Shown: one piece after another, positions 56,628-64,000 of the stretch
How positions within the stretch are numbered: position 1 is the first letter of the stretch
Layout: every line of letters begins with the position of its first letter
DNA from: an uncultured Bacteroidales bacterium
GTDB lineage: Bacteria > Bacteroidota > Bacteroidia > Bacteroidales > UBA932
Assembly: GCA_946402945.1 (NCBI GenBank)
Contig: CAMIYB010000001.1
Span: 65,427 to 129,426 of the forward strand
DNA: 64,000 nt
Direction: 5' to 3'
Position numbers and translations under genes: made by a program
Notes under the pieces: generated by a model
Database searches by the model: none
What the model saw: the letters and a program-made list of their open reading frames with translations, nothing else
Told to the model about the DNA's origin: nothing

Positions 56628-58374
56628 TTTCTTCGAGCAGGTTATTGAGTTCGGCCAGATAGGCTTCGAAACTTTCGCTGTGGAATTCGGAGTAGTTCAT
56701 CTGGCGGATGGTGTTGATCATGTTCTTGAAGTAGTCGCGGCACTTCTCGTAGTCGGCGAAGTCGAAATCGCGGTCGCAGATGCCCAGCAGGATGTCCAGC
56801 ATATACTTCTGGCGTTCGATCGGGCAGAGGCTGTCCACCGGGTCGAAGGCGTCCTGCTGCAGGAAGCAGAAGTCGATCAGTTCGCTCTTCCAGAAGGTCA
56901 CGTGGTAACTCATCGGCACGCCGTCGTCACCGAGGATGTTGATCTGGTCGGCGGCTTCACGGCCCCGGCGGACGATGTTCTTGGCCTTGGCGATGTTGTC
57001 CACCCAGCCGGCCTCGACGGTCTCGTCGAGATAGGCCTTGATTTCGGGATACTCCAGGTATTTGGAGTAGGAGTCGATCGGGTTGACGGCCGGGTAACGC
57101 TTCTGGTCGGCGCGGTTCTGCTCCAGGGCGTAGAAGCAGCGGGCGGCTTTCTTGGTGGATTCGGTCACCGGCTCCTTGAGGTTGCCGCCGGCCGGGGAGA
57201 CCGTCCCGATGAAGGTGACGGCGCCGGTCTGACCGTTGTTCAGGATCACCACGCCCGCGCGGGCGTAGAAGTTGGAGATGATGGCGGAAAGGTCCACGGG
57301 GAAGGCGTCGGCGCCCGGGAGTTCCTCCATACGGTTGCTCATCTCGCGGAGGGCCTGGGCCCAGCGGGAGGTGGAGTCGGCCAGCAGCAGGCAGCGCAGA
57401 CCCATGGCGCGGTAGTATTCGCAGATGGTCATGGCCGTATAGACGGAGGCCTCACGGGCGGCGACCGGCATGTTGGAGGTGTTGCAGATGATGGTGGTAC
57501 GCTCCATCAGGTGACGGCCCGTGTGCGGGTCGATGAGTTCGGGGAACTCGGTGAAGATTTCCACCACCTCGTTGGCGCGTTCGCCGCAGGCGGCCATCAC
57601 GATGACGTCGGCCTCGCCCTGCTTGGCGATGGCGTGCTGGAGGACGGTCTTGCCGCAGCCGAAAGGACCGGGGATGAAGCCCGTACCGCCTTCGGCGATG
57701 GGGTTGAAGGCGTCGATGACGCGGACGCCGGTCTCCATGATGCGCTGCGGACGCGGTTTCTCGCGGTAGGCCCGGACGGCCACCTTCACCGGCCAGCGCT
57801 GGGTCATGGTGACGGGGACGTCCTCGCCCCGCTCGTCGGTGAGCACGGCGATGACGGTGTCAACGTTGTAGGAGCCGGCCTCCTTGACGGTCTTGACCGT
57901 GTATTCGCCCTTGAAGGAGAAGGGGACCATGATCTTGTGGGGAAGCCAGCCTTCCTTGACCTCGCCGAGCCAGTCGGCCGCGATGACTTTGTCACCGGGC
58001 TTGGCCAGGGGCGTGAAGTCCCACAGTTTTTCTCGGTTCAGGGCGTCGGTGTATTCGCCCCGCTTGAGGAAGACGCCCTCCATGGTGGTCAGGTCGTTCT
58101 GCAAGCCGTCATAGACGCTTGACAGCAGGCCCGGCCCCAGGGTGATTTCCAGCATCTTGCCCTCGAACTCCACGCGGTCGCCGTTGCGCAGGCCGCGGGT
58201 GCTCTCAAACACCTGAATCTGGGCGTTTTTCCCGTTGACCTTGATCACTTCGGCCATCAGGGAATCCCCGCCCAGGGTGATGAAACAGAGTTCGTTCTCG
58301 GCCACCGGCCCGTCCACGAGGACGGTCACCAGGTTCGAGACGATGCCTGTAACAATTCCAGTAGTCTTTGCCAT
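56617..58374 (-). CDS. ntpA: V/A-type ATPase subunit A
   Basis: GPFGCGKT P-loop, CGERANE, NTSNMPVAAREAS and DSTSRWAQALRE. Confidence 0.97.
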   Translation of the reverse strand: MAKTTGIVTGIVSNLVTVLVDGPVAENELCFITLGGDSLMAEVIKVNGKNAQIQVFESTRGLRNGDRVEFEGKMLEITLGPGLLSSVYDGLQNDLTTMEGVFLKRGEYTDALNREKLWDFTPLAKPGDKVIAADWLGEVKEGWLPHKIMVPFSFKGEYTVKTVKEAGSYNVDTVIAVLTDERGEDVPVTMTQRWPVKVAVRAYREKPRPQRIMETGVRVIDAFNPIAEGGTGFIPGPFGCGKTVLQHAIAKQGEADVIVMAACGERANEVVEIFTEFPELIDPHTGRHLMERTTIICNTSNMPVAAREASVYTAMTICEYYRAMGLRCLLLADSTSRWAQALREMSNRMEELPGADAFPVDLSAIISNFYARAGVVILNNGQTGAVTFIGTVSPAGGNLKEPVTESTKKAARCFYALEQNRADQKRYPAVNPIDSYSKYLEYPEIKAYLDETVEAGWVDNIAKAKNIVRRGREAADQINILGDDGVPMSYHVTFWKSELIDFCFLQQDAFDPVDSLCPIERQKYMLDILLGICDRDFDFADYEKCRDYFKNMINTIRQMNYSEFHSESFEAYLAELNNLLEENGN

Positions 58375-58387
58375 ATCGATATTGTTG

Positions 58388-59035
58388 TTATTTGTCAGTG
58401 AATTCCACGCCCTTGAAGGTGCCGCGGACCTCGGAGACCAGTTTGCGGAAAAGTTCGCGGCCGGTCTGCTCGTCCAGGGAGAGCCAGCGGTCCACGATGT
58501 GGAGTTTGGCCAGGTAGCCGAGCACGGCTTCGATGTCGAAATAGTGGAAGGTGGTCAGCCGGTCCACTTTCTCCCATACGGCCTCGTCCAGGGCTCTTTC
58601 CCGGGCCAGCAGGTCCTCATGGGCGAGGGCGGCTTCCACCTCGGCCTCCTCTTCGAACTCGCCGCCGGTGAAGCGGTAGCCGTCGATGTCCACGTCGGTG
58701 TCGTCCTCGCCGCCCAGGCCCGTCATGACGTCCTGCAGGGCGTCACGGCCCAATTCACGGTTGAGGTAGCGGACCTTGGCGTTGCGCAGGTTCAGGTCGA
58801 AGCGGAAATACTCGCGCAGGAAACGGCGGGGGCTCCGGAGCGCTTCGGCGAAGAAGTCTTCCGTGAGCTGCTCCTGGTCGAAGCCGCGCAGGAGGAAGTC
58901 CACCAGCGCGTTGTCCCGCTCGGAGAGGTTCGGACGGATTTCATCCACCACGGCCTGGAATCCCTCGCCGCCGGCATACTTGTAGTCGAGGGTGAGGTAG
59001 GGCAGCCCGGAGATGATGTACTCGAAATTGCTCAT
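58388..59035 (-). CDS. DUF2764 protein (V-ATPase subunit C-like)
   Basis: YIISGLP and FDIEAVLGYLAKL..V.RW..LD...G; positioned between subunits E and A. Confidence 0.85.
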   Translation of the reverse strand: MSNFEYIISGLPYLTLDYKYAGGEGFQAVVDEIRPNLSERDNALVDFLLRGFDQEQLTEDFFAEALRSPRRFLREYFRFDLNLRNAKVRYLNRELGRDALQDVMTGLGGEDDTDVDIDGYRFTGGEFEEEAEVEAALAHEDLLARERALDEAVWEKVDRLTTFHYFDIEAVLGYLAKLHIVDRWLSLDEQTGRELFRKLVSEVRGTFKGVEFTDK

Positions 59036-59038
59036 TTC

Positions 59039-59644
59039 CTAGCCGAACAGGAGTTTCTTCGTGGTGGGACGCAGGTAACTGCTGATCAGTTCCTGGAAGG
59101 TCTCGTCGGTCAGGCTGACGAACCAGCCGCCGTCCTTGGGACCGATGGTCAGGCCGCCGGAAATCTTCTTGGAGAAAGTGGCCTCCACAGGGGCGCCCAG
59201 CACTTTGCCGAGTTCCTTCTTGACAAAGGGCTCCAGGGCCGCCTGCATGGAAGCGGGCAGGACCAGGGAGAGGTCGGAAGCACCCTCGGCGCTGAAGCGC
59301 TCGGCCACGGCCTTGATAATGCCCTGGACAAACTCGGGAGCGGTCATCGCATCCTTCACCTGGGTGTCGGTCAGACGGGTGACAATCAGGTTTTCGATGT
59401 CCTGGCGGGTGGCGAGCAGGCTCTGGGAAGCCGCCATCTTGAGGTCACCCTCCACCTTGGTCTTGTAGTCTTCGGCCTCGCGGCGGGCGCGGGCGACGAT
59501 GGCCTCGGCCTCCTTGCGGGCTTCGGCGGTGATGCGGTCGGCTTCCTGGCGGGCTTTGGCGAGGATTTCTTCCCCTTCGGCCTGGCCTTTGGACAGACCC
59601 TCCTGGTAGAGGCGGTCGGTCAGTTCTTGCAGTTTGGTCAGCAT
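59039..59644 (-). CDS. ntpE: V/A-type ATPase subunit E
   Basis: KLQELTDRLYQEG, an EA-rich coiled coil and GGLTIGPKDG. First gene of the operon, with TATATTTG at 59712-59719. Confidence 0.9.
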   Translation of the reverse strand: MLTKLQELTDRLYQEGLSKGQAEGEEILAKARQEADRITAEARKEAEAIVARARREAEDYKTKVEGDLKMAASQSLLATRQDIENLIVTRLTDTQVKDAMTAPEFVQGIIKAVAERFSAEGASDLSLVLPASMQAALEPFVKKELGKVLGAPVEATFSKKISGGLTIGPKDGGWFVSLTDETFQELISSYLRPTTKKLLFG

Positions 59645-59769
59645 ATTTGGATAAATGGTTATAATCTGCTATAAAATATCGCGTAAAGTTACGCTTTTTA
59701 AAGCACATTACCAAATATAATGCGCCCGCGCGTGAGAAATAAAGGGAGGGGAAAGGGAAGCCGGCAGCC

Positions 59770-62064
59770 CTATTTGACGGGGTCCTCCGCCTCTTTCTGA
59801 AGGACAAGGGCTTGCAGGACAGCGTCTTCGCTCATCCCGCGACGGGCGGCGTAGCGGCTCAGTTGTTCCGGGGAGATTTCCGCGATGGGAACCCTGGCGG
59901 AATGCCGCTGGATAAACACCATCCCGTAGTGGCGGCCGTCCTCCGGACTGATGCCGGGCGTGAGGATGTCGGCGATGTCGCGGCGGAGACTCCGGTCGGG
60001 GCAGAGCGGCGTCCCGGCTTCGACGAGGCTGACGCAGACGTCCTTCGGAATTTTGCCGCGGCCCCGGAGCAGGGCGGCGAGGCTGCCTCTGACCCCGCTG
60101 CGCAGGGCCTTGCGGAGCGCTTCGCTGAGTGCGCCGCCTATTCCCGTCATGCGGATGGAGAAGAATCCGACCGGGCCCAGGAAGGTCTGGGTGATATGGG
60201 GGACGAAATCCGCGAGGGAGAACTTTTCGACGAAGCCTTCCAACTGGGTGGCTTTCTCCTGCCGGAGCATGGGCAGGGAATGTGAAGTGCCGTCAGGCAG
60301 GCGGACCTGGATGCAGTCGTCCTCCGAGTAGGCCGCGCAGAAACGGACCTGGACCAGGGCTCCCAACTGGGGCGCGATGGATTCGATTTCCTTGCGGAGT
60401 TTGTCCAGCAGGGCGTTGCCCGGGCCGCCGCGGGGCAGGCGGCGCCTGTTTTTTCCCTGACGGCAGCCGGCCGCGCGCAGGGTCTCTTTCCAGTCGATGG
60501 CGTCGATGATGGGCTTGGCGCCGATCTGGAAGGTCCCCGAGGGCGGAAGCCCTTGCGCGCTGTCGATATAGAGCCGGGAGCGGAAGACCGATTTCCCCTT
60601 GCTGGGCCGCTCGCCGTAACCGGCATGCCGGAGTTGGTCGCGGACTTCGGTCAGGTGGCGGTCCCTCGCTTCCGCCTCGCGGAATTTTTCGGGCTCCCTG
60701 CGGAGCCGGGTGGCTTTGAGCGTCAGGTCGTCGGCGGTCTCCGCGTGGAAGACGCTGGCATAGACCGGAGCCAGCCGAAGGGTTGTATGAAGGGCGTCAG
60801 AACCCTTTCCGGAGAGGATCAGCGGGATTTGTCTCCCGGTTTCCGCCAGCGCCCGGCACAGAATCTCCGCCTGCCAGCGCACTTCTTCCGTTGCGCCGCA
60901 GAGGCAGAGCAGGTCGGCCTCCCGCGCGGCCGCCGCCGGACAACTCATCAGCGGGGCGGGCCCGTCCACGTCGAAACCGGCGCTCCGCAGGGAAATGGCG
61001 GCCAGCCAGGCCTCTCGGCCCTGTCGTTCGCCCCGGGGCGTAAGCAGGACGGCTTTTCCGCGGGGCTCTGCGGGCGCTTCGGAAAGCGCCTGCGGCCGGA
61101 GGTCCGTCAAGGCGGTCGCCGTGGCGCAGATATGGGCGGGCGTCGTGCCGAGTCCGCCGCCTGCGATGTGGATAAGTCCGCCCTGGGCGATGGTGTAGAG
61201 GTGATGGGCGTTCTGTTCGGCGTGTTCGTCGAAGGTGCTGCGGCCCGCCGCGACGGTCGCGTCCAGGCAGCAGACCCGCCGGCAGGGGAACAGGCGCCCG
61301 GCCTGCTTGAGCAGGGTGCGCATCCCGTCTATCTTGCCGGGACCCTCGAAGCCGAAACCCATCAGCGGAATCCCCTCCAGCAGGGTGGCATATTCCTGCA
61401 GGGAATGTGCGGAAAGCAGATTGCCATAGCGGTCCCTGGGGTCGAGCGTCACCACCAGCGGGAGGCGTTTGCGGCGGATTTTCCGCCAGGCATCCAGGAA
61501 GGCGCGCAGGTTGACGGGGTCGCCGCAGCGTCCCAGCCAGTAGCAGTCCACGCCTCCTTTCGCCAGGGCGAGGAGTTGTTCGTGATAGGCCGCTGCGACC
61601 TCCCCGTAGCCGGGGCTGCCGGGATAGCGGGGCGCCAGGTCCAGGGAGACGGGGGTGGTGCCGAGCGTGCCGGCCACCCGGATTTGCCGCACGGGCAGTT
61701 CGAGGCCCTCCGTCTCCAGGACGGTCCGGCGCTCCCGCTCCAGGCGGGCGTTCTCCGCGTCGGCGACCCCGCGGGCGATGCGGGCCCCTTCCAGGGCCAT
61801 CTCCGCTGCCACGCCGGCCAGCCCGTACGGGGCCTGGGAAAGACGGTCGGATCCGCGGGTGTTGGTGCGGAGCAGTTCCGCCCCCGCCTCCACATATTCC
61901 TTGTGGAGGGCGGCCACGTGCCGGGGCGCCGTCAGGTTGAGGACATCCAGATTGCCCCGCAACTCGACCCCGCTCCCGGCAAAGCGTTCTCCCCGGAAAA
62001 CACACTCATCCGCATAGGGCGGCAGCCCCATGGCGCCGTCCGTGATCCAAATCCCCGGCATCAA
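59770..62064 (-). CDS. Degenerate MetH-like protein (Hcy-binding, B12-binding-like and reactivation-like domains; no pterin domain)
   Basis: DGAMG, FRGERFA, GNLDVLNLT, EAGA...TNT, GTTPAHI, HTTLRLAPVY, LRQ...LADFV and CPD are recognisable; Zn and B12 ligands are lost. Confidence 0.82.
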   Translation of the reverse strand: MMPGIWITDGAMGLPPYADECVFRGERFAGSGVELRGNLDVLNLTAPRHVAALHKEYVEAGAELLRTNTRGSDRLSQAPYGLAGVAAEMALEGARIARGVADAENARLERERRTVLETEGLELPVRQIRVAGTLGTTPVSLDLAPRYPGSPGYGEVAAAYHEQLLALAKGGVDCYWLGRCGDPVNLRAFLDAWRKIRRKRLPLVVTLDPRDRYGNLLSAHSLQEYATLLEGIPLMGFGFEGPGKIDGMRTLLKQAGRLFPCRRVCCLDATVAAGRSTFDEHAEQNAHHLYTIAQGGLIHIAGGGLGTTPAHICATATALTDLRPQALSEAPAEPRGKAVLLTPRGERQGREAWLAAISLRSAGFDVDGPAPLMSCPAAAAREADLLCLCGATEEVRWQAEILCRALAETGRQIPLILSGKGSDALHTTLRLAPVYASVFHAETADDLTLKATRLRREPEKFREAEARDRHLTEVRDQLRHAGYGERPSKGKSVFRSRLYIDSAQGLPPSGTFQIGAKPIIDAIDWKETLRAAGCRQGKNRRRLPRGGPGNALLDKLRKEIESIAPQLGALVQVRFCAAYSEDDCIQVRLPDGTSHSLPMLRQEKATQLEGFVEKFSLADFVPHITQTFLGPVGFFSIRMTGIGGALSEALRKALRSGVRGSLAALLRGRGKIPKDVCVSLVEAGTPLCPDRSLRRDIADILTPGISPEDGRHYGMVFIQRHSARVPIAEISPEQLSRYAARRGMSEDAVLQALVLQKEAEDPVK

Positions 62065-63275
62065 AGAATGGACAGCAGTTCGAATATCAACAGACCCAGA
62101 TAGTTACCGATTGCATATCCGACGATGCCGATGGTCAGGCCGGGCAGCAGGACATTGCGGTTCTTCATGGCTGCGGCCACCATCGGGACAAAGGGCGGGG
62201 AATTGATATAGGTCACGCTGGTGATCACCATCGTGTCGGCGTCGATCTTCAGGATCTTGGCAAACAGCGTATGGAGCAGCAGCGAGCCGAAGACGATCAG
62301 GGTGATGTAGCCCAGGATGCCGATGCTGCCGGTGAAGTCGATCTTGCTCAGGTCGGCCATGGAAGCCACCACCATACTGAAGATGTAGATCAGGTACATG
62401 CCGATGTCGTAACTGTACTTGAGTTTGCGGACGGGCTTGAGGAAAGAGGCCCCGATACCCAGGGAGGTGAGCATCAGGATAAAGACCATCATGAAGATAT
62501 CCGTCTTGACCGCCTTGTTGATCAGGGTCGCGACGCCGAAGGACACGCCGAAAATGAGGATGGTGGCGCCGAAGGATCTGGCGGCGCTCCAGAGGCCCTC
62601 TTTGGTGAAGAGGCCCTTGTAGGGATTCTCCTTCTGCCTGGCCACTTCCCGGGCGAGGATGGCCTCGTCTTCGGCCGTGACGGCCTGGAGACTGTGGTTG
62701 GGCAGGAATTTGCGGAACAGTTTGACGCCCACGGAAACGAGGAACATCAGGTAGGTGAAGCAGACGATCATGTCGAAGGTGTTGGCCACCACGAAGGATT
62801 CCTCCGGGACGCCGAGCATCTTCTGGATGGAAGCCATGTTGACGGTGCCGCCGGTGTAGGAGCCGGTGAGCATGCCACCCACGCGGGCCGCGTACTGCGG
62901 ATCGTCGGCGGAAACGATCATCTTGCCGAATACCAGGTAGCCGACCACCAGGGCGATGACTACGGCCACCAGGCCGGAGATCATGCTCAGCAACTGGTCG
63001 CGCGTGTCGCTCTTGCGGAACACGCAGCCGAAGAGCATCAGGGGGATGGCCAGGGGCACCATGATGCTGTTGAGGATATTCTGCACCCGCGGCATCTCCT
63101 CGGGGAAGAGGGGAATGCCCAGCAGGCTGAGGTTGCCGATGGCGGCACCCACGAAATAGAGGGTGACGATGGGACCGAGTTTCTCCAGCCAGGTGAATTT
63201 CCTGCAGAGTTTGAGCACGAGGGCCGGCGTCAGCAGGAACATGAGCACCAGGAGAATGGTTTTGACGATTGCCAT
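62061..63275 (-). CDS. DUF819 family membrane protein
   Basis: VPLAIPLMLF, GSYTGGTVNM, SPPFVP and GIVGYAIGNYLG. Confidence 0.88.
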   Translation of the reverse strand: MAIVKTILLVLMFLLTPALVLKLCRKFTWLEKLGPIVTLYFVGAAIGNLSLLGIPLFPEEMPRVQNILNSIMVPLAIPLMLFGCVFRKSDTRDQLLSMISGLVAVVIALVVGYLVFGKMIVSADDPQYAARVGGMLTGSYTGGTVNMASIQKMLGVPEESFVVANTFDMIVCFTYLMFLVSVGVKLFRKFLPNHSLQAVTAEDEAILAREVARQKENPYKGLFTKEGLWSAARSFGATILIFGVSFGVATLINKAVKTDIFMMVFILMLTSLGIGASFLKPVRKLKYSYDIGMYLIYIFSMVVASMADLSKIDFTGSIGILGYITLIVFGSLLLHTLFAKILKIDADTMVITSVTYINSPPFVPMVAAAMKNRNVLLPGLTIGIVGYAIGNYLGLLIFELLSIL

Positions 63276-63294
63276 ATCAGATAGGTTTTAGTAT

Positions 63295-64000
63295 TTATCC
63301 GAGGAAACTGAGGAGGATACCCGCGGCGACGGCCGAACCGATGACGCCGGCCACGTTCGGGCCCATGGCGTGCATGAGCAGGTGGTTGGAGGGATCGATC
63401 TCGCGGCCGACCACTTCCGAGACGCGGGCGCTGTCGGGCACCGCGCTCACGCCGGCATTGCCGATGAGGGGGTTGATCTTCCGGGCGGGGTTCTTGATGA
63501 AAAGGTTCATCAATTTGACGAAGAGCACGCCGCAGGCCGTGGCGATGACAAAGGATAGCAGGCCCAGGCCGAAAATCTTCAGGGAGTTGAGGCTCAGGAA
63601 CTTGTCTGCCTGCGTCGAGGCGCCGACGGTGAGGCCGATGAGGGTGGTGACCACGTCGATGAGCGGGCCGCGGGCCGTCTCGGCCAGCCGCCGGGTCACG
63701 CCGCTTTCCTTGAGCAGGTTGCCGAAGAAGAGCATACCCAGGAGGGGCAGACCGCTCGGCACGATGAAGGCCGTGATGAGGAAGCCCACGATAGGAAAGA
63801 TGATTTTTTCCTTCTGGCTGACCACGCGCGGGGCGGGCATGCGGATGCGGCGTTCCTTGTCTGTGGTCAGCAGGAGCATGATGGGCTTCTGGATCACCGG
63901 CACGAGGGCCATGTAGGAGTAAGCGCTCACGGCGATGGCGCCCATCAGGTCCGGGGCCAGTTTCGAAGAAAGGAAGATGGCCGTGGGGCCGTCCGCGCCG
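63295..64000 (-). CDS. oadB: Na+-translocating decarboxylase beta subunit (OadB/MmdB), 5' part outside the window
   Basis: [33 protein letters not shown] and [13 protein letters not shown]. Confidence 0.93.
   Translation of the reverse strand, partial: GADGPTAIFLSSKLAPDLMGAIAVSAYSYMALVPVIQKPIMLLLTTDKERRIRMPAPRVVSQKEKIIFPIVGFLITAFIVPSGLPLLGMLFFGNLLKESGVTRRLAETARGPLIDVVTTLIGLTVGASTQADKFLSLNSLKIFGLGLLSFVIATACGVLFVKLMNLFIKNPARKINPLIGNAGVSAVPDSARVSEVVGREIDPSNHLLMHAMGPNVAGVIGSAVAAGILLSFLG

Noticed and set aside
59644-59770. Cobalamin or SAM riboswitch near the metH-like gene
   Set aside because: This gap is downstream of the gene, which has no 5' leader (it overlaps DUF819), and no riboswitch core motifs were seen.

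Overview
GC-rich chromosomal segment of a Bacteroidales bacterium. The assignment rests on a SusC/SusD pair, a BACON lipoprotein, DUF3822 and repeated TAnnTTTG -7 promoter elements; a rumen/gut RC9/Cryptobacteroides-like origin is an inference. The window holds about 47 CDSs, tRNA-Asp(GTC) and tRNA-Glu(CTC), a V/A-type ATPase operon with a Na+-type K subunit, and housekeeping genes. No CRISPR array, rRNA or transposase/integrase was seen. Highlights: (1) an operon of OprO/P-type porin, lamin-tail lipoprotein, two CYTH-fold proteins, an SLC13 transporter and MgtC, a candidate polyphosphate/triphosphate uptake-and-hydrolysis system, running straight into a regulator-less PUL; (2) hypB - Fe-S flavoprotein - hypA with no hydrogenase or urease, a candidate uncharacterised nickel enzyme; (3) an AT-richer islet after tRNA-Asp with a 52-aa unlisted ORF plus GNAT (putative toxin-antitoxin pair), a perfect 18-nt inverted copy of the tRNA T-arm region, an inverted 9-bp-period repeat array and a collapsed outer-membrane gene; (4) four intact ORFs whose catalytic motifs appear lost (MetH-, aspartokinase-, Zn-protease- and NamZ-like); (5) a HAD-GltD fusion and REP-like GTCATTCC palindromes. 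All family calls are from motif recognition by eye, with no database searches.
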